DNA of 64,000 bases from NCBI GenBank assembly GCA_951406725.2, contig OX597816.1, positions 37,510,001 to 37,574,000 on the forward strand, read 5' to 3'. The notes below the pieces were generated by a model. The model made no database searches and was not told the origin of the DNA. It was given only the letters and a program-made list of their open reading frames with translations. Numbering within the stretch: position 1 is the stretch's first letter; the number at the start of each line of letters is the position of its first letter. Below, piece after piece: positions 53,040 through 64,000 of the stretch. This stretch comes from Octopus vulgaris (taxonomy: Eukaryota). The position numbers and the translations under genes were made by a program.

Positions 53040-54140
53040 TATAAATCATCTCAGCTATTTCATCTAGGTCGTTCCATAGGACGCCCCAAGACAGTTTCCA
53101 CACGTTTTCCCCTTCTTCCGTAATGGTCCTCAGCTCCTGTACCCCTTCCATACCAATATCTTCCTTGGTTCTTCCTTCTGCTGGTTGCCAGAGCACTAGC
53201 TTGTTAGCAATTTTCACCGGTGTGTCTGATGCAGTGTCCACCTAGCCTCATTCTTATATGCTGTATCTTCAATGCTACTTTTGGTAGTCCCTGGTATAAG
53301 TCGGCGTTTATTGTATGACTCTTCTAGGAGACATTGAGTGCCGTTCTAAGCACCCTTGCATAACAACCATCCAACTGCCTCTTCAATGCTTTAGTGAGCG
53401 TCCATGTTTCAGCCCCGTATAGAACAGACTCTACTGTTGTTAGAAACAACCTCACTTTCAATTCCCTTGCTAACTTTGAACTCCATACCTTTCTCAATTT
53501 ATGGAATGCACTCCAGGCAAGAGCTTTCCTTGCTACGTCTTTTTCAGTACTTTGTGTCCACGCACCAAGGTATTTGAAATTTTCAACTACCTTGAGCGAC
53601 TTACCGTCTCTCACTTTCACTGACAGACATTTCGTGACTGAATACATTCAGCTCTGTTTTGTTTGCATTACAGTACACTCCTACCTTTCCTGATTCCTGC
53701 TCTAATCTGCTCAACACCTCCAGTACCTGATCTGTCCTCTCTGTTCGTAATGCCAGGTCATCAACATAACCTAGCTCAGTTACTGTTACTGCTTGATGCC
53801 ATCTATTTCTTTGCCCTCGTACAATCTACACATTACATAGTTCAGAACGATGGCGAAGAGATAAGGTGCTAGTGTGTCGCCTTCTAATACTCCGGCACTG
53901 ACTTCAAAATATTCCGTCTCTCCAACAGGAGTGATCACTTTCGCTCTGGTGTTCTCATACCGCTTATTTATTGCTCTCAGAATTCTTGGTGGAATATCAT
54001 ATGCTTTAAGTGTCTTCATCATCATTCCTCTGTGTACTGCATCAAAAGCCTTTTTAAAGTCTACATAGATAATGATAGCCTTCCTGTTATAGCTCTTAAC
54101 TCCCTCTATAAGTGCAACAATGTGAGATGTTGTTGACTAT
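53040..54140 (-). mobile_element. RTE-clade LINE fragment, degenerate
   Basis: VDFKKAFD.VHRG, GVLEGDTLAPYLF, GYVDDLAL, FKYLG, LYGAETWTLT, GCY.R.LR.ALN. Confidence 0.85.
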
Positions 54141-56102
54141 CCTGATCTGAGTTGCTTAATATGAACAAAAATTAGTCCAATCAAATGTGTTGATTCGTAA
54201 CCAACAGTCAGAGAAGTATAATCAACAGTCGAGTGATATCTTTGAGTTCAAAACACAAACTAAATTTTTTAGAGTCTTCATTGCGTCCATTCCTCTGGAT
54301 TTTAAAATATCTGATAAATTGAAATTTCGAAGTTGTATTTGTCAAGCAAGTGACTTGATCTAAAATCATATTGAAACATTTGATGACACACAAAACTGTT
54401 AAATCTAAACTCATTTCATGAGGTAGCAAAATTTTCGACTTACAATTTTTATTTGATCACTGATAACTTTATAAATGATCCTAGAAAGATAATATGTCAC
54501 AACTACATAACCTAAGAACTACATAACCTGAGAATAAAATGAATCACTTGGACAAAATATGAACTGAGATGACTGATATCGAGTTAACTATTAAAATATA
54601 GTCTCAAATGTTATGGTTTGTAGCGGGCGTTTCTTTATATTCTGGGAATGACACGTACATCTATGTATCTTCTGTTTTAAGAAGAGGTAGTTAATATGTG
54701 CAATCTTATGGTTTTAGATTATCCCGACAAAATATATCCTCTAAATAACGTATCAAAATTTCCTCTAAACAGCCAACAAGTAAAAGTATTTGAGTCATTG
54801 AAGATAGAACTAGCTAATGCTGCCATTCAAATAGTATATGAGAACATTCTATTTACTGTTGAGATGGATGCTTTGGACTTTGCTATATCTGCAACACTAA
54901 ATCAAGGTGGAAGACCAGTCGCATTCCATTCTCGCTCGCTAAAAGGTAGCGAACAGTACCACTCCTCTGTTGATAAGGAAGCCCAAGCAATTATCGAATC
55001 AATTCATCATAGGAGACACTTTCTTCTAGGTAGACATTTCACATTAATTACTGATCAACGTTCTGTTGCATTCATGTATAATTATAAAGCGACGAGCAAA
55101 ATTTAAAATGATAAAATTTTGAGATGGCGCATTGCGTTATCTCTATACACATATGGTATTCACTATCGCCCAGGATCTAGTAACATCGCTCCGGTTGCAT
55201 TCACTAGGGTACGCTCTTCAGCAATCAATTCACATTCATTTTATGAGTTACATGCAGCACTGTGCCATCCTAGTGTAATACACCTTCATCAATTCGTCCG
55301 CAGTAGAAATCTTCCATATTCGTTGGAGAACGTGAAACAAATTTGTAGAAATTGCTCTATATGTCAAGAAGTGAAGCCACTATATTTAAACCAAACTTAG
55401 TTAAATTAATTAAGACCACACAGCCATTCGAGCAAATTTCAATCGATTCCAAAGGCCGGATTCCTTCCACGAAGCATCCTTACCTTCTAACAATCGTTGA
55501 CGAATACTCTTGGTTTCCGTTTGGTTATCCAGTATCTGACACATCAGCTCAGACTGTAATAAGATGTTTTACAAACTAGTTTTCAGTTTTCGGTATTCCC
55601 AGTTATGTACATTCCGATCGTGGAACTGGCTTTATGTCTACAAAATTGAGAGAATGGCTCCTTAGTAAGGGCATTGCAACAAGTAGGACAACAAGTAGGG
55701 AACAGTCAAGTAGAAAGATATAATGGTATTATTTGGAAATTAGTACTGCTCTCTTTGAAAACTCGTGCCCTTCCAGTATCTTCATGGAAAACAGTTCTTC
55801 CAGACGCGCTACATTCAATCAGATCTCTACTTTGTACTCCACCAACGCCACTCCTCGTGAACATCTTTATTCTCTTTTATTCTCTTTCTCTTTTACTTGT
55901 TTCAGTCATTTGACTGCGGCCATGCTGTAGCATCGCCTTTAGTCGAGCAAATCGACCCCAGGACTTATTCTTTGTAAGCCCAGTACTTATTCTATATCGG
56001 TCTCTTTTTTGCCGAACCGCTAAGTGACGGGGACGTAAACACACCAGCATCGGTTGTCAAGCAATGCTAGGGGGACAAACACAGACACACAAACACACAC
56101 AT

Positions 56103-56145
<43 letters not shown>

Positions 56146-56611
56146 CGACAGGCTTCTTTCAGTTTCCGTCGACCAAATCCACTCACAAGGCATTGGTCGG
56201 CCCGGGGCTATAGCAGAAGACACTTTGCCCAAGATGCCACGCAGTGGGACTGAACCCGGAACCATGTGGTTGGTTAGCAAGCTACTTTATTTCAAAACAT
56301 TTGCCATAAAGGCAGTACACAGATTAAGTTAGCTTTGCGGGCTGGACGAGGACATTAATGAAGTGAATGATAATGAAAGACAGATGATAAGGATGGGAGA
56401 AGACAAAAAGCGCCCACCGACTTTCGCTTCTCTAAAACATTGTTCTTTTTAAAGATAAACACAAAACGAGGTATTAAACCTCTTACAATTTTTCCAATTT
56501 TTGGACTTAGCAGTCCATTATTAATAAAAATGCAAAACGAGGTATTAAACCTCTTTCAATTTTCCAATTTTTGGACTTAGCAGTCCATTATTAATACTAA
56601 CAGTTCAATAA

Positions 56612-57772
56612 TTACATATCGTCCTCGAAATAGCTTGTGCCCGCGCCCTCCACCATCATACACGCCTCCCTCAGAACGTAATCAAGTTCCGAGTTCGCGT
56701 CGCCCGGGACCAAGCTATAATCTTCATTGAGCTCATTTAGCCCAAGCGTCACGTCGAACGCCACGGCCTCCACAGCTATCTGCGGAGGCCATTCGGGGTC
56801 CTGTGTGAAGGCTAAAGGAGCTCCCTTGTGGTACTCTTCCATCATTTTTTTTTCAATTTCTCCTCCTCTATAGAAGAGGACCAATACGTTCAGTTCTTTC
56901 GTTGGCGGCACAGTTCCCGCCAACGTCTGCGGCTCATGGATATCAGCCGCCCGACCTTTCTTTCTTTTTCTCCTCCTTCTTTTGGGGGAGACTGCTGACC
57001 CAGGGGACTCCGTCACCAGACACGGGGGATCGCTATCCCCCTCCGCCACCTGAGCGTTCTTTGGCGAGCAGCCATTGTTGCTCGCCTGTCTCTTTCTTTT
57101 CGTGGAGGCAACCTCCTCCACGACTTCCACCGTCTCCCCCTCCAATGAGGGGGCGGCGGGCGCCTTTTCCCCTTCATGCTCCGGGGCACCACCACGGCCC
57201 CCGGGACAATTCCTCTTGATATGTCCGGGCTTCAGGCACAGGTGACACTTGGGGGGGCGTCCCTCGAGTATCACCGGGTACCTGTGCCCAGCCATTCTCA
57301 GGAAGTCCGGGAATTTCATTTCTCCCACGGCCACCGGTGTCCACAGGGTCAAAGTTGCCTTTGACCCCTCCCAGGCGACCGCGGGAGCCATTTTCACACT
57401 CAGTAGCCTGGGTCCGCTATCCCCCAGGCCTCGCCGGATGGTCTTCTCGATCCATTCCGCCTCCGTGCCCGGGGGCAGCCCACAAACCCAGGCTCTTTTT
57501 ACTTTTCTGCCACAATACGAGGGGAGGAACAAAATTTCCTCTCCCTCCAGTGGCTCGCTAGCAAATCTGCTAGCTTCCTCGGGGGTACCAAACAGCAACC
57601 ACACCGTTGCAAATTTACTCCCCCGAGAAATAAACTTTATCGTTGGTAGGTGGTCCCCCAACTCTTTCTCTATGGTGCTCCTGTCGAAGAGGGCGATAGC
57701 TCCACGCGACCTAGAATAGGTCAAGACTTTCAATCCACTGCTTGGGTGGGACAACCTCCCATTCCAAAGCAG
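56612..57772 (-). CDS. L1/Tx1-type ORF1 gag-like protein (RRM-like regions plus CCHC zinc knuckle), intact frame
   Basis: Open frame to 57811 (first ATG at 57772 unless an upstream start or splice is used); W.CGLPP, FPDFLRMAGHRYPVILEGRPPKCHLCLKPGHIKRNCP, basic KRRRRKRKK. Confidence 0.75.
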   Translation of the reverse strand: MLWNGRLSHPSSGLKVLTYSRSRGAIALFDRSTIEKELGDHLPTIKFISRGSKFATVWLLFGTPEEASRFASEPLEGEEILFLPSYCGRKVKRAWVCGLPPGTEAEWIEKTIRRGLGDSGPRLLSVKMAPAVAWEGSKATLTLWTPVAVGEMKFPDFLRMAGHRYPVILEGRPPKCHLCLKPGHIKRNCPGGRGGAPEHEGEKAPAAPSLEGETVEVVEEVASTKRKRQASNNGCSPKNAQVAEGDSDPPCLVTESPGSAVSPKRRRRKRKKGRAADIHEPQTLAGTVPPTKELNVLVLFYRGGEIEKKMMEEYHKGAPLAFTQDPEWPPQIAVEAVAFDVTLGLNELNEDYSLVPGDANSELDYVLREACMMVEGAGTSYFEDDM

Positions 57773-57963
57773 TGGTTTCTTTTGTTGCCATGATTTTGAA
57801 AAAAAGTTCAACTAAAAGTTCAAAGTCCAATAAGAAAAAAACACAATGACAGAACAGAAAGACAGAACAGAGAAAAGGACGAAGGAAGACAGTTCAAATA
57901 ATGGCAACACAGTTCTGCAACTGGTAATCCTCACGAAACAGGGTACTCCTAGTTGCAGCACAC

Positions 57964-58075
57964 TTGGTTCTCCGTGGTAAATCCAAGCACAATTGGTTCT
58001 CCGTGGTAAATCCAAGCACAATTGGTTCTCCGTGGTAAGTCCAAGCACAATTGGTTCTCCGTGGTAAATCCAAGC
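57964..58075. repeat. 29-bp tandem repeat x~4 (TTGGTTCTCCGTGGTAAATCCAAGCACAA)
   Basis: Directly visible, no spacers. Confidence 0.92.
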
Positions 58076-60284
58076 GAACAAATTAATTTTTGAGGAGGGG
58101 CTATGCCTCTTCAAAATACACAATTCTCACTAAAAGGTGAGACAATAAATACGCCAACAAGCAGAACAAATACATCCGAAGCAAAGTGAAGCTTATTACG
58201 CGCAGAAAAGTGTTAACACTAATTAACATTAATGCTAAAAAATATTAACGGCAAGCAATAAACCTCACTATGCTTCCAAAAATATCCAAAATGTCCTACC
58301 TGTTGCCGTAAAATGTTCAATAATTCACGTTAACATGTGACATTTGCCGGAGCAAAAAACAGCACGTCTGTCTGGTAAGAAGCTACTTACCACACAACCA
58401 CTCCTGCGCCTTTAACTATCAAAGACATTCAGCTACGGGAACGTCTATGTCATCATGGCTTCTCAGCCCAGGACCTGTGCTAGTGCAAAGGAACAATCGC
58501 ACTAGCGAGTATGACCGTATCTTTGACCAAGTTGATTTAATCGAAGCCAACCCCCAATGCTCTCACGTTCATTATCCAGACGATCGCGAAAACACAGTAT
58601 CTACGAAACTATTGGCATCACCAGGAAAAACTAACCCAACTGATGACTTAACCCAGACATTTGTGACCCTCAAGAGCCAGACAAAGATCTGGCTGAAATG
58701 TCTTCACCTCCTAGAGATAACCTTCTGAAACAAGAGGAATCCCTTCAACTTCGTCAATCTCAAAGAATTCGGAAAGCCCCGGAAAGGCTTGATCTATAAA
58801 AATTTTTTTTTAATCAAAAAAATTTTTTTTTTCTAGGAGGGAGTGAATGTTAAGCAAATTGTGCTGATTTGAGTGACTTCCATTCATATAAAGGACATGC
58901 GCATTTGATGATCAGGGAGAGAACGGCCATTTTGAATAACATACGTTGAATCGAGAATATCATGGATAACACTATAAGACGTTTTTCTGTTGTGGGCTGT
59001 GACTGGAAATTAGTTTCTTTGAACTAGGAATTACTGGTCATACATAACATTTGCTGAAGCTGAAATAGGTTAACATGCCAAATATGTACAAATCAGATAT
59101 TCTTTTTCTTTAGCTTTGATTATTCTGTTGTTTTCTGCTTTAATGTTGGCTTATAAAAAATTTATAAGAAACACTTAGTGTTAACGAGAATTTATACGGT
59201 GCTAAAAGCTATTCGGTGTCTGTCAGAGTTGGTAAAACACAAAGCGATGAGCAAATTGCAAAAACTTTGCCATAGCCATTTGTTTCTTCTGGCTTTTCTT
59301 GTTAATAAAATGAGAAATATCACTTAATAATCACCGTTGCTTTATAAATTAATTTCCCATAAGGGGCCATCATGTTGTATGTGTCATTATTAAAACTCAG
59401 TTATTAATTCTCCATTGATAATTGCTAAACTGGGCGAGTGTTATCCTATTAGATTTGAATCATACTGTACAATGCATCTTTGTTATGTAGTAACTTTTTG
59501 TAGGAGGTAGACAATGGCAAGACGTCTTTATAATCAGGAACTAACTTTGGACAAAAGGTAAATAGAATAACAAAAGTCGCTTTTAGTGCTCTACACTGTA
59601 TCAAATGAAAAAGAATATAACTGCTGCATTTTGTATAGTATATCATTAGTAAATTCTGAATATTCTCTCTTGGCCGTGTTTATCATTGTCTTTTCTTTTA
59701 CTTTCCTATTTACCTTCAGGGATCTACAATAAATGCATCAGATATCTGTCGTAGAAACTAAATATAAATCGTTTGGAAACATTGGTTTCAATTTTGACCA
59801 TTTTATTTCCTATATATTTATTGGAAAACTATGTTTCGAATAGTTTAATCTCTGTCCATCATCAAATGAAATATATATGTTAATATGTTCAAGATGGAGT
59901 TTTAAACTCGGGAACTCTTTATTTCAACCGCAGTTCCAACGCTCCTGTCCAGTATTTAACAAACGAATAACATTAACTGCAGCCAGACAACCCACTTATT
60001 ATGATAATTCTGATCAATTAGAATAACGCATATCAAATTTCTTGTTTTTGTACATTCAGTCATGGTTCCTCCATAACAGTTGTTTAGTACATAAATCATA
60101 AATGAGACAGTATTTCATGCATACCACGTAGTGTCTAGACAACTTACAAATTCATAAACTAATTATCATGAGACCACACAATATACATTTTCTGTGAATT
60201 AGCTCACGAAATTATTATATGAGGATTGTTGATAGATATACTGTAAAAATTATCGTTCAGATCTCGGTGTGTTGAAAATAACTA

Positions 60285-60384
60285 AAAACTACACTGAATT
60301 AAAAATAATTCTTACATATTTCACAGTTTTATAATTAAAAACTACACTGAATTAAAAATAATTCTTACATATTTCACAGTTTTA
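60285..60384. repeat. ~53-bp tandem duplication
   Basis: AAAACTACACTGAATTAAAAATAATTCTTACATATTTCACAGTTTTA twice. Confidence 0.9.
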
Positions 60385-60909
60385 TCTAACAACATAGACA
60401 TGCATATACACATCGATATATACATATTTATGATCTATATCTAAGTCTTGTAAACGGATGCGCCCAGGTGTGTCTATAAGTGTATGCATGGGTGCATCAT
60501 CCAACGTAATCTAACCAAATGTAAATTAAAATTACGCTTCAGGATAGATTCACTATTTTATGCCTTTTGTATTATTTCGTCGTTCACACCTTTACAGAAG
60601 ATATATACATCAGAATCGCGAATTTCTTACTCAAGTAAAACGGGTTAAATATCTATGACTGGCTCCATACGGTAGTGACTTTTTAAACAAGACTTTCTAT
60701 AGTATTGCATAGCGGAATAAAAAGCATACTTAATCAAACGTGTGTGCATATGTGTGTGTGTGAATGTTTACACATATATACATATATATACACATATATA
60801 CACATATATACATATATATATATATATATATACATATACATACACACACATACATATATGTGTCCCCCATCAAGGCTGAAACATATAAAAGAATAATCGA
60901 ATGTGTATA

Positions 60910-60942
<33 letters not shown>

Positions 60943-60943
60943 C

Positions 60944-61104
60944 GGCGCAGGTGTGACTGTGTGCTAAGAAGCTTGCTTCCCAACCACATGGTTCTGGGTT
61001 CAGTCCCACTGCGTGGCACTTTTGACACGTGTCTTCTACTAAAGCTTCGGGCTGACCAAAGCTTTGTGAGTGAAATTGGTAAGCGGAAACTGTAAGAAGT
61101 CCAT

Positions 61105-61138
<34 letters not shown>

Positions 61139-61140
61139 CG
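60944..61140 (+). mobile_element. SINE family A 5' half
   Basis: Head through to internal (TG)n. Confidence 0.75.
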
Positions 61141-61494
61141 TGTGACAATCATTAATTGGGTGCACACAAAACAGCAACAATCTATATCCTTTTAGCACTG
61201 TTGCTTACATTTTTCATTTATATATAACAAACACCCAAGATGCTGCACATGATACTGAATCCAGAACCAAGTGGTTCTGAAGCGATCATCTTATCAAGAA
61301 AGCTGGGCTTTTGGCCATCCTTCAGACGATGGCATATTACACTGAGTGTACTTTTAACTATGAACTTGTCAAAATTGCTCAGAGGTTAAAAGGTTGAATT
61401 CTTATTTGAAATCATTCACCATTTGCGGTTCTAAACTCCAGTACACTGAGCTGTAAATATATATCATCAGAAAATGCAGCCTACTGAGCTACAT

Positions 61495-61660
61495 GATTCT
61501 AACTTTGGCACAACAATTTTGAGTTGAGGGTAGGTCGATTATATCGACCTCAGTTCTCAACTGGTAAAAGGCAAAGTTGATCTCGGCAAGATTTGAACTC
61601 GGAACATAGAGCCAAAAAAATTTTGCATTTTGTCCGGTTTGATAACGATTCTGCCAGCTA
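61495..61660 (-). mobile_element. Diverged SINE B variant
   Basis: AAAGGCAAAGTTGATCTCGGC..ATTTGAACTC..AACGATTCTGCCAGCT. Confidence 0.6.
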
Positions 61661-61679
61661 TAAAATTAATTGAGTTGTA

Positions 61680-62955
61680 CGAGGGGCGTTCAATAAGTAA
61701 TGCCCCTGACCCACTTTCCATAGCAGTAGAGCAACGAAACTTGTCACAGTTATTAGTCTTTTTCTACATAGGAACCACCCAGAGTTACGCATTTCTCCCA
61801 TTGTTTAATGCGGCTCTGGAGACGGTTTTTATAGAAGACCCCAGCTTGGTCCTCCAACCTGAACGCGACTTCAGAAATCAAGGCTGCATCATCTGGGAAA
61901 CGCTTACCTTTCAAAAACAACTTCATGACTGGGAAGAGGTGAAAATCAGAGGGTGCAAGGTCAGGAAAGTAGAGGGATGGGGGAGGAGTTCATAGCCATA
62001 CGCCTGTGCTTCTGATCTGGCGACAAGCGAGTTGTGGACCGGAGCGTTGTCCTGCAGGAGGAGGATGCCTTTGCTGATCTTGCCCCGACTCTTGATTTTG
62101 ATAACTTCTCTTAATTTCCTCAAAAGTGAAGCATAATAGGCTCCTGCAATTGTGGTACCCTTTGCCAGGAAATCTGTTATCACTACTCTGTCCTGGTCCC
62201 AGAAGACTGTGAGCATGACCTTGCCAGCGGAGGGCTGCACCCTTGCCTTCTTTGGAGGGGGTGAGTCACGGTGCTTCCACTGCATTGACTGGGCTTTGGT
62301 CTCTGGATCATCGTGATGGACCCAGGTTTTATCCTGTGTAATCAGTCTTTTGAAAAATTTTGACTCATCTTCTTGGCACATCTCCAAATTCACCCTCGAG
62401 CACTCGACGCGTTCTTGCTTCTGGAAAGGCGTGAGCAACCTGGGAATCCATCTGGCAGATACCTTTTGCATATGCAAATGGTCATGAATGATAGTTTCCA
62501 CAGACCCGGTACTAATCTTGACCTCATGGGCTATTTGACGAATAGTTATGCGTCGATCTTCCAAAATGGCAGCCTCAACTTGACGGACAGATGCCTCATC
62601 AATGGCAGAAGGGGGCGACCAGATCTGGGAGCTGTTTCCACAGAGTTCCGACCATGTTTGAATTCACGATGCCAGCGTTTTACAAGGTCATATGATGGGG
62701 CATCATCACCATAAGTTACTTTCATTTCATCAAAAGTCTCCCGTGGTGTGCGTCCTTTCAAATACAAAAACCGGATCACTGCTCGACACTCAACAGGCTC
62801 CATTTAACACTTGACTCGGTTCAAACACCTGTAAATCAGAAACCACATAATTTGCCACTTACTCTATAGAGATATAAATGATTGCATATGCAAAATTTCA
62901 GCTAGATCAAACAACTGCAAGTGGGTCAGAGGCATTACTTATTGAACGTCCCTCG
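61680..62955 (-). mobile_element. Mariner transposon (irritans-like), full length, frameshifted transposase
   Basis: TIR CGAGGG(G/A)CGTTCAATAAGTAATGCC with TA flanks; ARWIPRLL, ITQDKTWVH, QDNAPVH, GYELLPHP. Confidence 0.93.
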
Positions 62956-64000
62956 TATAATTAACAAGTGTTTTGCCTGATTTAAATCCTACTAAAAAAA
63001 AGTGAAAGCATGTAGCATAATGGATAGGTTGTTCTGTTTCCGATCAAAAGGTCGTGGATTTCATTTCTAAACTGCGTTGTTTCCTTGTCCAAGTCACTTC
63101 ATTTCACGTTGCTCCAGTCTACAAACGTAAATGAGTACCCACAGGGTGTCAGTGCAGCTCTTTATCCCCACGATTTTCTCATCTTGGTTGTGTCGTTTGG
63201 TCAAGAGTGAAGGATGGGAGCGTAATTGTGTCCCTGTCTATTCGTGACCACATAGACACCTACAATAATTAGCGACAGCATGCTACATGTTACTAAACCG
63301 TACGCGTTCGCCGGTACGGTCTGATAACGTGTACCACACTTTCGCTAATTATTTTAAATTGATGATATGTTAGTAAGAAACCACTATCGTGCATTTTTCC
63401 ATAAATATGACAAGAGCCGTCTGTTATTTTCATCATTTTTTTAAAGTTGACAAGACGCTATCTAATGCTTATACCATAATTATTCATGGGGAATTGACAA
63501 AATTCATAATGTTTCATGAAATTGTATCTCATTTACCGTATCTCTATATGTTAATTATGATTTCTTTACATGAGACATAACTATATAATTCAAATCAGCG
63601 TGACCGTGGGATTGTGTGTGTCTCGTCTTTTATATATAAAAATGTATTGGCGTGTTGCATTGATAAAAATATATTCAGTTAATAGAAATATATTCTGCCG
63701 GAGAGGACGACCCGCAATCGTCGGTAAATTTTGATCCTTTCACCCGTACGATTTTCACTAAGAAAAAACTCGGATTTTTTTGCGTGGAATCAAGTACCCT
63801 GACCTCCTAATATACTGCAAATCCTTTATTTTGGTTCGGAAAAAAAGGAGTGGTGGGAAACCGGATCCCTCCCCCATATCCCTGAATCATTGGACTTTTT
63901 TTTTTTTCGTTGAATGAATTCCGAATGCTACAAAACCCTTTTTGGGGTCCGGAAAACGGGGTCGGGTGAGGTGGAAACCTCAAAAATTTTACCCACTCCC

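Larger units (their letters stand above)
56288..58379 (-). mobile_element. ORF1-only non-autonomous L1/Tx1-like element (HAL1-like), TSD AAGCTACTT
   Basis: TSD 56279-56287 / 58380-58388; single gag-like ORF; no RT or endonuclease. Confidence 0.8.
55868..58410 (-). mobile_element. SINE family A split in two (55868-56287 and 58380-58410) by an insertion
   Basis: Head GGCGCAGGAGTGGTTGTGTGGTAAGTAGCT at 58381-58410 joins exactly to 56287. Confidence 0.88.
54715..59049 (+). mobile_element. Gypsy LTR retrotransposon remnant (RNase H, integrase, PPT, 3' LTR 58848-59049) with nested insertions
   Basis: F.VE.DA.DFAI.ATLNQGGRPVAF.SR, F.LITDQRS, H...CHP..C..C..C, TIVDEYS, HSDRGT.F, N.QVERYNG; reading resumes at 58411 (FNYQR...SWLLSPGPVL); PPT AGGAGGGAGTGAA; LTR TGTTA...TAACA. 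Confidence 0.85.

Noticed and set aside
57964-58075. 29-bp repeats as a CRISPR array
   Set aside because: No spacers, no cas genes, eukaryotic retroelement context

Overview
Eukaryotic, AT-rich, repeat-saturated animal DNA. The combination of tRNA-derived SINE families, Penelope-like, Dong/R4, CR1, RTE and Tx1 retroelements and very dense di/tri/tetranucleotide microsatellites points to a cephalopod (octopus) genome; this is an inference and was not checked by a search. No host protein-coding gene was recognised, and most short ORFs in the track are microsatellite translations. Content: several Penelope-like elements (RT plus GIY-YIG), a GC-rich near-intact CR1-type LINE, six Dong/R4 fragments sitting in microsatellites, RTE and Tx1 remnants, a Gypsy remnant with its 3' LTR, three mariners, a Chapaev3 transposon, non-autonomous Helitrons, a MITE and many SINEs. 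The most notable observations are as follows. (1) A tRNA-headed SINE whose tail carries a Penelope-type minimal hammerhead ribozyme and whose 5' end is a fold-back, a candidate Penelope-dependent 'ribozyme SINE'. (2) Several hammerheads in Penelope terminal repeats, including a U3-A8 compensatory core variant. (3) A LINE 5' junction that copies the neighbouring hammerhead up to 3 nt before its cleavage site. (4) A TSD-flanked 2.1-kb ORF1-only (HAL1-like) element sharing a 3' stem-loop with a Tx1 LINE and a SINE family. (5) A higher-order tandem array built from a SINE. All ribozyme calls are from manual folding, and all identities are judged by eye.
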